DNA of 64,000 bases, taken from Mobula hypostoma (Eukaryota). Both the position numbers and the translations under genes were made by a program. Numbering within the stretch: the first letter of the stretch is position 1; each line of letters begins with the position of its first letter. The notes below the pieces were generated by a model. That model was given only the letters and a program-made list of their open reading frames with translations, was not told the origin of the DNA and made no database searches. This document shows, one piece after another, positions 50,213-64,000 of this stretch. The DNA lies in assembly GCF_963921235.1 (NCBI RefSeq), contig NC_086118.1:18540001-18604000 (forward strand), in the 5' to 3' direction.

Positions 50213-51360
50213 ATTTACCTTCGAACCAAAGGTGGTGGGTTTAGGTCATTTTTTTCTAGAGTCTGAGCAAATGGTCCAGGTTAAATTTTCAGTTATAGGA
50301 CTAACAGAATATTGAACTGTGAGTGGTCCTGCCTTATAGATTAAACACTAAAGCCTTTCAGATCTCCTAGGTCAATATAAAAACTCTCAAACATTGTTTA
50401 AAGGGCAGACATACTTATTCCTTGGAAGGTTGAGCTGTATCTCTCAGCCACCCAAAAATCACTATTCCATGGGCTGTAAAGCTAGATTTGGATGTTCTGA
50501 AATAGTGAGCTTTGCTATCAATGCACATGGCAAGTGAGAGGAGAAGGGCAATGAATGAGACAAATAAAGATGATACGTATATTCTGGCTATTGGCACTAC
50601 TATTGCAAATGGGAAAGCTGCTTGAACTGTAAAGAATAACTGTCACATTTCATGAAGTAACATCAGCCTGACTGTGGAAGCAGCTCAACCAGAACATTTT
50701 GATCGTTGCAAGTTCTCTGCTGCAATGGGAGACCTCCAGTTAATTAAAGTACTCCAGCACAGTTCTTTATTAAATTAGTCCTCTAGCTCCCAGTACAGCA
50801 AAAAATGAAACTGCTGGATCAGACAGTCCAGAAAAAATGGAGGGTTTAACTGCTGCTGTTAACACTCTAGCTGAAATATTTCAACTGAATCCCTGGCCAA
50901 TCACCAGCCTTATAATTCACTTCCACCTGCTGTATACAGCAGTGACTGGCTGGAGTAATCACCAACTAATGAATCACAATGGAATTATTAGTTTATGTGA
51001 ACATTTTATAAAGCCTAATTTGCTAATCATTTAAAACCCATGCTTAGTGTGATTGCCTCTGCAGAAGAATCCGGTTAATCAATCTTTCCAAATACATTAT
51101 CCTAATCTCAATGATGAAGCGAAAGGTAGCAAGAAGGTACTTTCCCACATTAATGTCTCTAACAACCAACTGCTTAAGAATCCTTCTGAGCACATCAGCA
51201 GTTGACTTAACACTGGCTTTGCCTTCACAGATATCCTCACTATGATATTGTAGGATCATTTATTCCTGACAATTGCACAGAAAAATATACGGTTGATTGT
51301 TTATTCTTATTAAAGGGACAAACACCAACGTTGGTTTGGGCATGACTAGATGGGCTGAAG

Positions 51361-51953
51361 GGCCTTGGTGAGACCATACCTGGAGTATTGTGTGCAGTTT
51401 TGGTACCCTAACCTGAGGAAAGACATCTTTGCCATAGAGGGAGTACAAAAAAGGTTCACCAGATTGATTCCTGGGATGGCAGGACTTTCATATGAAGAAA
51501 GACTGGATGAACTGGGCTTGTACTCGTTGGAATTTAGAAGATTGAGGGGGGATCTGATTGAAACGTATAAGATCCTAAAGGGATTGGACAGGCTAGATGC
51601 AGGAAGATTGTTCTCGATGTTGGGGAAGTCCAGAACGAGGGGTCACATTTTGAGGATAGAGGGGAAGCCTTTTAGGACCGAGATTAGGAAAAACTTTTTC
51701 ACACAGAGAGTGGTGAATCTGTGGAATTCTCTGCCACAGGAAACAGTTGAGGCCAGTTCATTGGCTATATTTAAGAGGGAGTTAGATATGGCCCTTGTGG
51801 CTACGGGGGTCAGGGGGTATGGAGGGAAGGCTGGGGCGGGGTTCTGAGTTGGATGATCAGCCATGATCATAATAAATGGCGGTGCAGGCTCGAAGGGCCG
51901 AATGGCCTACTCCTGCACCTATTTTCTATGTTTCTATGTTTCTATGTTTCTAT
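51361..51953 (+). mobile_element. Young CR1 3' fragment
   Basis: Uninterrupted ORF 51365..51847 and (TTTCTATG)n tail. Highly similar to 55745-56373. Confidence 0.93.
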
Positions 51954-52289
51954 ACTGTACTTCTCTATGACTAATGAAAAGCATGACACGCAAAATGCCA
52001 GAGGAACTCAGCAGGCCAGGTAGCATCTATGGAAAAGAGTAAACATTTTGGGCCAAGAACCTTCTTCAAGACTGAAAAACATTAATTTTCTTTATGTTAA
52101 TGTCACAGCTTTGGGGACATGTTGAATTTTATAAATTCCTTGTTCTTTGCCTTACTATCCTATTAGTTTACTGGACATGCAACTGCCGGGTCCTCATGGG
52201 TGAGGAGAGGATCAAATACAGGAAGTAAGATTAGGCCCTACATGGGAGCCTGAGTGGCATCCATCATTGCTGAGTTTTCTCCTTCCTAG

Positions 52290-54020
52290 TTTGCAGGACA
52301 TTTGTTCCTACAAAGCGAAACCCAATAGCATAAATGGCAGCCATGCTTCTCTACCAGATGAGCTCAACAGCTTTTATATGTGCTTTGAAAGAGAGGACAT
52401 AGCTACAACTGTGAAGATCCCTGCTGCACATGGTGACCCTGTGATCTTTGTCTCGAAGGCCGATGTCAGGCTGTCTTTCAGGAGGGTGAACCCTCGCAGG
52501 GTGGCAGGCCCTGATGGAGTATCTCGTAAGACTTTAAAAACTTGTGCCAACCAGCAGGCAGGTGTATTCAGGGACATTTTCAACTTCTCACTGCTACAGT
52601 CGGAAGTTCCCACCTGCTTCAAAAAGGCAACAGTTATACCAGTGCCTAAGAAGAGGCGTGTGAGCTGCCTTAATGACTATCACCCAGTAGTACTCACATC
52701 TACAGTGATGAAATACTTTGAGAGGTTGGTCATGGCTAGAATGAATTCCTGCCTCAGCAAGGACCTGGACCCATTGCAATTTGCCTATCGCCACGATAGG
52801 TCTATGGCAGACACAATCTCAATGGTTCTTCACACAGCCTTACATCACCTGGATAATACAAACACCTATGTCAGGATGCTGTTAGTTAACTATAGCTCAG
52901 TGTTTAACACCATCATTCCAACAGTCCTGATTGATAAGCTACAGAACCTGGGCCTCTGTCCCTCCCTCTGCAAGACTTCCTAACTGGAAGACCACAATCT
53001 GTGCAGATTGGTGATAGTATGTCCTTCTCGCGGATGATCAACACTCTCGCGGATGTGCACCACAGGGGTGTGTTTAGCCCATTGCTCTACTCCCTCTATA
53101 CCATGACTGTGTCACAATAGCTCAAATACCATCCATAAATTTGCTAGTGATGCAACCGTTATTGGTAGAATCTCAGGAGATGCGACGGCGTACAGGAGTG
53201 AAACGTACCAGCTAGTTGAGTGGTGTCGCAGCAACAACCTTGGACTCAAAGTCAGGTAGATGAAAGAGCTGATTGTGGACTTAAGGAAGGGTAAGACAAA
53301 GGAACATAAACCAATCCTCATAATGTGATCAGAAGTGGAGAGAGTGAATAAATTCAAGGTCATGGGTGTCAAGTTCCTGGGAGTCTCTGAGGATCTAACC
53401 TGGTCCCAATATATTGATGCAGCTATAAAGAAGCCAACACAGTGGCTATATTTCAGTAGAGTTCAAAGAGATTCGGTTTGCCACCTAAACCACTCAGATT
53501 TCTATAGATGTACAGTGGAGAGCATTCTGACAGGCTGCATCACCACCTGGTACAGAAGAGCTACTGCAGAGGACTGAAAGAAACTACAGAAAGTTGTAAA
53601 ATTTGTCAGTTCCATCTTAAGTACTAGCATCCAAGACATCTTCAAGAAATTGTGCTTCAGAAAGCCGACACCCATTAAGAAGGACCCACATCATCCAGGA
53701 CATGCCCTCTTCTCAATGTCACTGTCAGGAAGGAGATACAGTGGCCTGAAGATACACACTCAGCAATTCAGGAACCCTCTGCCATCTGATCCCTAAATGA
53801 ACATTGAACCCATGAACAATACCTCACAAAAATATATATATTATTTCTATTTTGCACTATCTAGTTATTTACTATACAGATATATATATATAAATAAACT
53901 GTAATTAATTAATTTGTTTACTGCTTTCTATATTACCATGTATTGCATTGAACTGGTGCTGCAAGGTGAACAAATTTCACGGCAAATACCAATGATAATA
54001 AACCTGATTCTGATCCTGAA
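52290..54020 (+). mobile_element. Rex1/Babar LINE, RT to 3' tail, decayed
   Basis: ORF 52267..52983 has AGPDGV, PVPKK, NDYHPVVLTS, LDPLQFAYR and YSSVFNTI. Later sequence includes APQGCVFSPLL and FYRCTVESILTGCI. Tail is AATAAACCTGATTCTGAT. Confidence 0.92.
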
Positions 54021-55744
54021 AAACAGCCAGTTTAAAAGATACCACCGTAATTCGTATGCTCTAATCACCATTAAATTGTGCATTTCCATTCAGTAATTTG
54101 AGGAAATGTCAGGTAAATCTCATTGTTGAGAAGCTGATGCTCCGGGTGAAAACTATGCAGCAGCGTACGCCTTAGGGCGATAAAAGATTAGCCATTATCT
54201 TTAACAGGATTACCAAGCCTCTAGGTCTCCTTGCAGTGTTCAGGAATTAAAGACTGATCTATTTGTTTCAGCTGCAGGCAACTTGAAAGGAAAAATTCCA
54301 GCGGCATTAAAAGAAATTCCCATATTTACGTAAACTATATTCTTTGCCCATTTTCAATTCTCAGTCATAAAATGTTGGAAGCATGTTTGGGTGCTTGGAA
54401 GAGGGATGTATGGTGATGAGTTAGCACTAAAAAAACACCGACTGAAAAATTAATTTTCCTGTTGTTTCCAAGTAGAAAAATGGTGTAGCATAGAGAAAAC
54501 GCCATTCTAAAAATATACAGTAGTGAATAAGAATTCTAGAATGCAAAATATTTTACTTGCAACAATTCATGATACAAAATGTTAGTCCTTCAATACCTGG
54601 AACATATTAATAAAAAAACTATTAATGCTTACAGCAGTGGGGATTCAAGCCAAACTCTGATGAGAAACTGAGTGTAAGAAAAAACAGCCAGTGCCTTCTA
54701 TAGGTAGTGAAGGTGTGAAGAAAACTGATGACTAGTGGTGATGAAAGTTCTGATCACTCCTGTTGATAGTAATCGCTTGGAGTTCAACGTTAAAATCCAA
54801 GACACAGCAAAACTGGAGACAGAGGCAGAATCTGGTGAGGCACCTCATGCACTACAAAATAAAAGCTGCTATCAACTCCAATTTATTGAGATTCAACAGT
54901 ACACACGTATACCGCCAAACAAAACAACATTCCTCCCAACAAAGGTGCACAGTACACACGGCCTACACACAGCAAGTAATATTACCACAAATAAATTTAC
55001 AATTATTAAGGTGCACTTACAACACAAGTTACAAACTGAACAGTATAACTCTACTGATGTTTCATATGTGATGAGACCTGGGTGGTGGCAGGGAGTTCAA
55101 TAGTTTTATGGCCTGGGCGATGAAGCCTTTCTGTCCTCGCAGTCCTTGTCCTAATGCTAAAGTACATCCTGCCTGATGGTAGGGGGCTGAAGAGATCATT
55201 GTCAAATGAGAGGGATTATTCACAATGCTAAGGGCCTTGCAAACGTAGCACTCAGGATAAATATCTCAGATGGATGGAAGAGAAACCCCAATAAACCTCT
55301 CAGTAGTCCCTGTAATCCTTTGTATGGACTTGTGTTCAAATGCCTTGCCGTTCGTGTACCAGGCAGTTTTGCAGCTGGTCAGGACACACTTAATGGTATT
55401 CCTGTAAAATTTGTGGGGGGGGGGGGGGCGAAAAGAGACGTACTTGTAGAGAAAAATTATTTATTGTGAAATACGAATCAAAATCTGGCTCTTGATTTTT
55501 TAACCCCATCAGTAGCTCATTGATAGATTGCTTCTGATATCCAAACACAAGTGTCGTCAACTCCCAGCCAAACGGTTACATTGGACAAAGAAAAGGGAAG
55601 GAAATGGATCTGATCTGAACTGGACATTCTTCTGTCTTCTTGTCTATTATAAATGTTGCTAGGTTGAAGACCCAGATTATAACTATAACACAGAGGATTG
55701 CCAACAAGGTTAACTATGAAGAAAATACAATGCTCTTGGAAGTT

Positions 55745-56373
55745 CATAGCAAGAGGATTCAAGTACAGGAGCAGGGAGGTACTACTGCAGTTGTACAAGG
55801 CCTTGGTGAGACCCCACCTGGAGTATTGTGTGCAGTTTTGGTCCCCTAATCTGAGGAAAGACATCCTTGCCATAGAGGGAGTACAAAGAAGGTTCACCAG
55901 ATTGATTCCTGGGATGGCAGGACTTTCATATAATGAAAGACTGGATCAACTACACTTAAAGTCTCTGGAATTTAGAAGATTGAGGGGGGATCTTATTGAA
56001 ACGTATAAAATTCTAAAGGGATTGGACAAGCTAGGTGTAGGAAGATTGTCCCCGATGTTGGGGAAGTCCAGAACGAGGGGTCACAGTTTGAGGATAAAGG
56101 GGAAGCCGTTTAGGACCGAGATTAGGAAAAACGTCTTTACAAAGAGAGTGGTGAATCTGTGGAATTCTCTGCCACAGGAAACAGTTGAGGCCAGTTCATT
56201 GGCTATACTTAAGAGGGAGTTAGATATGGCCCTTGTGGCTAAAGGGATCGGGGGTATGGAGAGAAGGCAGGTACAGGGTTCTGAGTTGGATGATCGGCCA
56301 TGATCATACTCAATGGCGGTGCAGGCTCGAAGGGCCGAATGGCCTACTCCTGCACCTATTTTCTATGTTCTAT
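55745..56373 (+). mobile_element. Young CR1 3' fragment, same subfamily as 51361
   Basis: ORF 55698..56303 has a CR1 C-terminus and tail. Confidence 0.93.
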
Positions 56374-56904
56374 CAAAAACATGTGATTTAGAGCAGAAGT
56401 AGGTAATGTGACTTTTTCCCTTTATTTTGCCATTCAATAACATATCTGCTTTGCTCTCTGGCCTTAACATTGTCCTACATGTTCCCCATTTTCCTAGACT
56501 TCCTTTTTGGCCTAAAATCTGCCTCAGCCTTGAATTATTTAATGATTTAGCCTCTGTAACTCACTAGGGGTAAAAAATTCCAAAGATTCCCAAGTCTCCA
56601 AGAGTTGACATTCCTTATCATTCTCTTACTTCTCCTTATTCTGAAGCTATAACTCTTTGGTCTGGATGCCTCCACGAGGGGAAAGACCCTGTCAGTATGT
56701 GGCATGTCAAGCTTCCTCAAAATGTTTCAGAAAGCATTGAACACAGGTTCGGCTTTAAATATACCTCAGAAGGTAACCTCTTCAATTGCAGGATCAACCA
56801 TGTGAACTTTCTCTGAAATGCAGGTATCTCCTCCTTAAATAAGAAGACCAAAACCCCAAGTGTGGTCTCTGCACTACTCCGCAAGTTATAGCAAGACTTT
56901 ATTA

Positions 56905-58248
56905 TACAGTAGATTGGGACAAATACATTTTGGCTCAGTTAAGTGGCTGCCCCAATTATCCAGAGTTTCATCAAATTAGTTAAAAATGTATAAAACAGAC
57001 AAACTACCATTTAATTGAGTAAAAAAATATGTATTTGAATGAAATACAGAACGAATTATAAACATTACCAATACCACTACAGTACTATAGAATTGTGTAT
57101 TAGCTCTTAGTTATCAACAGAGGAATTCATTTCTCTATGCTGCCATGTATGGGGTGTCCAGGGAAGGGTAGCATTTCTGGTGAAGAAGCTTGTCATGTCC
57201 ATTCTGGGGCACCTCACTCACCTTTGGTCCCCACTGGACACTTAGCTCTCACCTGTGGCTCACCTTTGTTTGTGACAGCACCTACACCCGGAACACAGTT
57301 CTGGCAAGTGGGCTAAACTAGGGTGAGGGTAGCTGTCAGGCCTCATACCCTGTTGAAATAAGGACAAGCCTGACCTTGCATGTGACCCAGAAGACTGGGC
57401 AGATAAGATCAACAGTGAGATCCAACGGCCAAGGAGGCAGTTCTACAATGCTTCGAGGAGAATGAAGGCATGACATAGGCACGGACCAGGTCATGGTTAC
57501 TCACTATAACCAAGGAAGACCCCAGTTTGTGACAACTATTCGTACCAATGAACTTGGACTTCCAAGGACATGTGTGGAACTGCTCCAGTGCAGTTGCTTT
57601 TCCATTTCAATAACTCTTCCACAGTTTCACTGGCATTGTTGGGTATGATGGACAACTAACATACTGCAGTGTTCTTTTGATAGACAGTAAATGAACAAAA
57701 TTAGCGTAGACACCTAGTGCAGATAATTGATTGCCTTCATACAATACTCTCAATGGTTGCATCCTCCAAGTCTTCATTTTCATTGTAACATTCAAGATGA
57801 TTATCGATACCTTTGAATTCTTCATAGTTCCTAAATTGTTGAAGTAGTGAAATCATTTCATTTTCACTTCTGGCCATTTCTGGCATCACTAAGTCTGAAT
57901 GCTTGAAACCACAGTGAGCAAAACCGTTTTAAATGGTCTTACTATTTATTTCTCCCCAACTATCAGTGACAAAAATCACTGCTTATTGAACACAAAAACA
58001 CGCAAGTGACACTGTTTAAAAACCATTTGCTTTAAGCACGGTGTAGTATCTAACAGCTACATAAGGTCATGCGACTGACGTTAGTTAGTAAAAGTTCAGC
58101 AACAGTCTTCTGTCTCAATTAAGTGGCCTAGTGTTCTAAATAAATGAAGGGAATCCCTGCTATTTTCTTGATTAGTTGTTGTTCTTTAAGAGTTTTCCCA
58201 AATAAGCGGCTGTCCCAATTAAGTAATGGTCCAATTAACCAAATCCAG
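56905..58248. mobile_element. Tigger/pogo-like non-autonomous DNA transposon interrupted by an RTE-like repeat
   Basis: TA-CAGTAGATT...GGGAC at left and ...TCCCAATTAA...AATCCAG at right, with repeated subterminal AAG(T/C)GGCTG.CCCAATTA motifs. Confidence 0.45.
57147..57620. mobile_element. Second, more diverged copy of the 39420-39950 repeat
   Basis: Colinear homology with 39425-39900. Confidence 0.65.
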
Positions 58249-59129
58249 AATATTTTACTTTACTTCTTCTGCAATGAATTGAAGCAGGAGCCTTGGACTT
58301 ACACACTTACAGACATGACATTTGGAGTTGCTGGCATTTCTTTGCCTGTGTTAATGTTTTTTATGACATTGATCACCTTTTGCAGTTTCTAGGTTGATGT
58401 TTATGCGCTGGACAAAGTACATCAATAGAAAACAATTTGTTAAACTTGGTTGAAACCAAAATTAAGTACAGCACATTGGAAAAAAAATATAATTCATACA
58501 ATGAAAACTGAAATACTGAAAATGCACAACACTTTGAGTAACACCACTGAGAAAGAATCAGAGGTAACTTTTCAGGTCAGTGGCTTTTATTAGAATGCAT
58601 AATATTTATTGGTCTAACTGTGTGGAAAGAAGGAAGAATATAACTTACATTATTACATTGTAATAATATCTTCCTGCTACAGCAGAGTGCTGCAATTGAA
58701 ATAATAGATGGTACAATGATGGAAGTGTGATGGGAGAGCCCTGTCAATGAGCTAGAGGGACTGGTAAACACTGGTACCCACAGAAGGAGCGCTCTTTTTG
58801 CAAAGGGATATCAAAGATCTTCCAGATCCACAAAAGTCATGTTTTTCTGGTAGAAGCAACACACACAAAATGCTGTGAAGCATCGACTGTTTATTTCTCT
58901 CCATAGATGTTCCCTGACTTGTTGAGTTTCTCCAGCATTTTGTGTATATTTTTATATAGATTTTATATATTTTTAAATACAGATTTCTAGCATCTGTACA
59001 ATAATCTCTGTCTTTCCTAGCAAGAAGTTGCCAGGACTCAGGAAGAACAGGAATTTCTGTTTTTGGGGAATTCTACTATGCATGTGGGTGCCCTGTCTGC
59101 TCCCGTGAAAAGGAAAATTGTTAGATGTG

Positions 59130-59640
59130 ACCGAGATCAGCAGTGGGACTTCCATGTCAAGGCATACCTGTGAACCTGTACCTGAGCTCACCAATTCAGG
59201 TGAGAACAACAAATTCAGCGTCAATAATTCCCCTTTGATTACTCTAAGTAGGTAGTCATGGTAGAACTGACAGTTCCTTGAAAAAGCCAGATTTAGGAGA
59301 CGTTTGAGCATAAGAAAGTCAAAAACCATGAGCTGGTAGAGCAGTGCCAGAGACAGAGGTAGTGGCATGACACAAGCCTATAGAGGTGGACTGTAGCAGT
59401 TTTGCAGGCTGCTCACTGTGCAGAACCTACCCTTTCCTGGCCATTATGGGGGCAGCAAATAAAAGAGCCATCAGGACCAACAGAGAGCAAGTCTTCGGAT
59501 GGCTGTGGATGAAGAGTTATGACCTGTGGACCAATGCCTGATCAACCCTGTCTGGGTCACTTGGGTGATGTTGAAAGACTCTAAACACCCGATGACCCCA
59601 GGTTACATCACTAAGGATGTGCCCCAGTACATCCAAGAAT
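59130..59640 (+). mobile_element. Hero-clade non-LTR retrotransposon 3' fragment (REL endonuclease region)
   Basis: VVMVELTVP*...ETFEHKKVKNHELVEQC...PIEVDCSSFAGCSLCRTY...WLWMK resembles the Hero ELTVPWE...K..KY...PIEVGCRGF motifs. Confidence 0.75.
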
Positions 59641-59828
59641 GAATCACAGTTGAAGGGGAAATAAAAGTCGTTATTCTGTGAATGAAACAGACTGTCAAGT
59701 TTCAATGTGAAATCTTCACGGCAGATGAACTTTGAACATTCTGTTGTTGTTTATATTATTTGGGGGAGTGTTATAGCAAAATCTGGAGAGAATGAAAACG
59801 CATATGTAAATGAAGAGATTAATACCAT

Positions 59829-60111
59829 GGGGTGATATGGTAGCATAGTGGTTAATGCAATGCTTTATAGTACAGGCGACACGGGTTTAATTCCTGCAGC
59901 TACATGTAAGGGGTTTGTACGTTCTTTTAGTGATCGCATGGGTTTCCTCCAGGTGCTCTGGATTCCTCCCACAACTCAAAAAGACCTACCAGTTGGAAGT
60001 TTAATTGGTCATTGTAAATTGTCCCATGATTAGGCTAGGGTCAAATCAGGGGTTGCTGGCCAGCGTGGCTCAAAGGACTGGGAGGGCCTATTCAGTATTG
60101 TACATTAATAA
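59829..60111 (+). mobile_element. HE1-like tRNA-derived V-SINE
   Basis: Box A TAGCATAGTGG, box B GGTTTAATTCC, V-domain-like TGGGTTTCCTCCAGGTGCTCTGGATTCCTCCCACA and a CR1-like tail. Confidence 0.8.
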
Positions 60112-61466
60112 AGAAGCAATTTCTTTAGAAGTCACAGAAAATTATTCAACATTATTCTATTCCAGAATAGCTCAATGCTTAACTGCAAGGCTCTATTTTC
60201 TTTGGTGTTTCTGCAAATAAATTTCCATCTCTAGTTATCTGCTAATTATCCTATTTTTAAGGACTTGTTATGCATAATCTGGCTGCCATATTTTAGAATG
60301 GATGACACAATTCAAAATTACTTTGCTGGTAGTAAAGCAATTCAAGGTCATGAAAGACACTACATAATTGTATTTGCAAAACACTCCTGTACATTTTTCA
60401 GTCTAATTTGATAATTATATCTACAGTGAAAAATAAGAATCCAATAACACCAAGTGGCTGATTTTCAGGTTATTTCAATCTTTGAGAAACACAGCAATAT
60501 AGGAAAATTATTGATCCTTTTCTAACTTTATTCACCCCACATCCACATAGCAATATTCCTACAGAGTTGTTGCATAGGTTAATGCTCTTGTGCTGCTCAG
60601 TGCTGGACATGGGTGTCATGATTCCACCGTCTGGCATGTTAACACACTACAGCATGACTCTTTTGAACAGGAGTTATCATTTTTTAAATTAGTGATGAAG
60701 TTACCATAGTCTTACATTTGTCAAACAATTGTATTTTGTCTGTATTATAATTCTGGCTACCCCAAAAATTGCATAATTGGTGTTTGCAGCAAAATGCACC
60801 TTCTGTATGCAGAATTTTAACTACACACCCACCTGTCTCACTTGACCCAATTGTGATCTGGAACTAAAGCATCTGTTTAATCAAGTGATTCTACGCCAAT
60901 TTCCTAACTGTACATACTTGTTCATTCAGGCCAGTAACTGTGCAAGAAATTGAGTATGCAAAGCATAGTCCTTTACACAAAATTCAGAAAATGCTACTGA
61001 AAGTTTACTGAACATTTTAATGCAATTTGGTAATTACATCAACACAATTAAAATACGACACAAATCATCATGCTAAGAGATTTAATATAGAATTGTGTGC
61101 TTGTGGATCAGAGACATGTTTGCTATACCAGAATAAATAGATACTTTGCTTCCAAGTAACTGTATACATAGAAGTACAGATAGCAACATTCAATCTATTA
61201 ACATACACGAGAAGAACATAAATCAAAAGCTGAACTACATAGGTATTTTGTACAATAAAACAAAATAAGAAGTTTGACATACAGTTAGATTATTCAGTGA
61301 GACTGTGATCTGGCACCAGAGTTAAACCTATGGCCGTCTAACCACCTTCACCAGCCACTGTGCAGTAAATTGATGAGTTAGAGCGGGCTTCATAGGAAAA
61401 TGTGTGTTGTTTTTCAAATCTTGCATTAGCAGATAAATCGTAATTTTGACCCACATTTTCCTTTTC

Positions 61467-62200
61467 ACATGAGATTCTGTAGATGCTGGAAATCCAGAGT
61501 AAAACACACAAACGCTGGAGGAACTCAGTAGGTCAGACAGCATCCATGGAAGTGTATAAACAGTCGACATTTTGGGCCTCTTTTTTCTGGACTAGAAAGG
61601 AAGAGGGAAGGCACCAGAATAAAAAAAACTTGGGCTAGGGAAAGGAGAACTACCTAGAAGGTGATAGGTGAAGCCAGGTGCATGGGAAAGGTAAACGGCT
61701 GGAGAAGAGGAATCTGATAGGAGAGGACAGTGGACCACGGGAGACGGGAACGAAGAAGGGACCCAGGGAATGGTGATAGGCAGATGAGGAGAAAAGGTAA
61801 GAGGCCAGAGTGGAGGATGGAAGAAGAGGGAAGGGGGAGGGAAAAAAAATTATCAGATGAAGAAATCAATGCACATGTCATCAGCTTGATGGAATATGAG
61901 GTAGTGTTCCTCCACCCTGAGAGTGGCCTCATTGTGACAAAATAGGAGGCCATGTCAGAACAAGAAGGGAATAGGAATAGGAATTAAAATGGTTGGCCAC
62001 CAGGAAAATCCACTTTTGGCGGATGAATCAGAGGAGCTCAACAAAGCGGTCCCAACTTATGTTGGATCTCACTAGTGTCGAGGCTGCCGGATCGGGAGTA
62101 CCAGATACAAAAAACGACCCCAACAGACTCAGAGGTGAAATGTTGCCTCACCTGGAAGGACGGTTATGGTCCAGAATGGAGTTGAGGGAGGAGGTGAATG
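61467..62200 (-). mobile_element. Decayed Penelope-like element 3' portion
   Basis: Reverse complement of 62040-62190 matches the GIY-YIG region at 30900-31050. The terminal repeat at 61467-61595 has a damaged hammerhead. Confidence 0.8.
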
Positions 62201-63199
62201 TGCACTTTCACATATTATTAACAATAATGAAATGCTTATTATCAATTACCAATAAATGAGGATTAGGTCAGTTTACAAACTCTTCCAATCTGATTTTCAA
62301 CTTCTAGATATTCAACTTCAAAGTTTTGTCTCCAAGAAAGTCATTTTTCACTATTTGCTTTAAGATTTCTATATCATATCTACTGTCAAAATCAGAAAAG
62401 CTTGAGTAGGCACTGACCTGCTAACAGTCTTTACACATCTTTTAGCTCATATCACCAAAGATCTGAGGTTCTTTATGGGCCTTCTGCCATTTTTAGAGTC
62501 CTACATTAATCTCTGGCACAGAACAATCTCCCCCCTCTTTTTATAGCAAAGTTATTTTTATCCTTGTCAATCAATGTGAAGCTTTACAAAAAAACTCCTG
62601 CTCTGTGTTGCACTTTGATTCCCAATGATCTCATGATTTGGAAATAATGTGCTGGGATATGAATGGATAGGTGTCGGATACAAGCAAGAGTAGAACCTTC
62701 TTTAATTTGACCACTTTCCCCAAAGAGAGCAACATTGAACTCCACATGACATTCTTCCTCCCAAATAGAAAAGTTGTAGCACAATCTGTACGAAGTTTGT
62801 GTTACAGACTGATAATCTGACGTTCAACAAAACTATAAAATAATCTGCCTTTCAGTTTTCTCTGCATTTTCTTCATTATGCATTTCCAGTTTGAGCATAT
62901 GAATTGAACAAGGAAACTTATATTTTATTTTTGCATTGCAAAGGAACCTTGTGCAGAATTTTACCTAGCATTACATTGAATGAGGAGATAATTTCTTCCA
63001 GACTATATTAGTTATTCAATATGCCACAGTTATTCAAAGGAACATTAAATTCAGTGATGCTCCAGCTGCTGTGCTGTGTAACATCATTGAACCAATGCCA
63101 TGTGGTTTCATGAGCAGTAGTTAATCACCACCACAGTAATTAATGTTTAAACTCATTTGTTTTTATAACTTGGCAGTTAAGGAACACTCCATGGATCTT

Positions 63200-63535
63200 G
63201 GTGACACCAAGCGACGCACGAACACAATTGCCCAGCTGTTTTCCTTTTTTTAAGTTGCCTTCTGAGTCAGAGGAGGCATTCGTTGCCCTGTTTCTAGGCA
63301 AGGCTCTTCCTGTTCCGTAATCATGCGACGCGATGACGTAATTCGCGTCGTGATGATGTAACTTGTGTCGAAAAACGTCATCGCGTCGCAAAAACGTCAT
63401 CATGCCGCCTATGCGTGATGGCATGGTGGAGACAGATGCAACAGAACGTTCTTCCAGGCTCCCTGGTCCATGTCGTCGTTATTTCTGATCTATGCTTGGT
63501 TATTTTCCTATCTACCAGCTGATACTTACGTAATG
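63200..63535. promoter_or_regulatory. CpG-dense block with inverted repeat and clustered bZIP-like motifs (candidate regulatory element or unrecognised transposon remnant)
   Basis: About 15 CpG in 63321-63420 and a perfect 16-bp inverted repeat at 63324-63339 / 63375-63390. Confidence 0.35.
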
Positions 63536-64000
63536 ATAGTGAATCCTTATCTACAATATACTTTATCCATTAGACTGCACTGCTTCTGATTTCTGCTGTA
63601 ATACATTTGTACCCTTAGGGTTCTCAGCCTTATAATCTAACAGAAAAGAAACATTTTGTATATCTGACAAAAAATAATACTTTACTCTGTCAAGCTTTGT
63701 CAAATGTTACCATACATTTTTGTACAAATATTAATAAGTTTCTTAAATAGTTGCACGGCAAAACAACATAAAGCACCTGTGGACCTGAACAGTCAGCACC
63801 TTGTTAAGTGCACGACTGCCAAGTCAGCAAGTTCTGATTTTTGTTTAGTGTGCTATCCTTACAACCTGCTTTGTCATTAAAGAATGTTGACGTGATTTAG
63901 AACATCAAAGGACAAATCAAATTCACAACATAGATTTTCTCTCACAAATCAAGAGACAATGCTATCGGATTATTCAATTATCAATTTTAAGCAAACCCAT

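Noticed and set aside
50415..50490. Exon-like stretch on the minus strand with AG/GT signals
   Set aside because: All three frames contain a stop codon and there is no other support.
63140..63424. 94-aa minus-strand ORF as a protein gene
   Set aside because: No recognisable domain, and the open frame is explained by the GC-rich palindromic block.

Overview
This is eukaryotic, AT-rich DNA dominated by transposable elements. It is most likely intronic or intergenic sequence from a cartilaginous fish (inferred from HE1-like V-SINEs, abundant CR1-clade LINEs and Penelope-derived short repeats). I can support no intact host gene. Almost all long ORFs are decayed retroelement fragments: CR1, Rex1/Babar, Penelope GIY-YIG, Hero and Gypsy. 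Main observations: (1) A Mag-like Gypsy LTR element at 44409-47491 has 5-bp TSDs, a tRNA-Ser-type PBS, gag and protease, but its RT-RNaseH-integrase region is replaced by an intronless copy of the RRM-coding part of the host splicing-factor gene RBM25, in frame with the post-protease linker. (2) A family of Penelope-derived short elements carries a minimal type-I hammerhead ribozyme. Several copies inserted as palindromes, and one has its symmetry axis exactly at the predicted ribozyme cleavage site. (3) Two diverged CR1 copies share the same internal inversion junction. (4) A tRNA-headed SINE and its probable RTE-like bipartite precursor both occur in the window. (5) A CpG-dense palindromic block rich in bZIP motifs lies near 63.3 kb. 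Repeat boundaries were read by eye and are approximate unless TSDs or TIRs are quoted.
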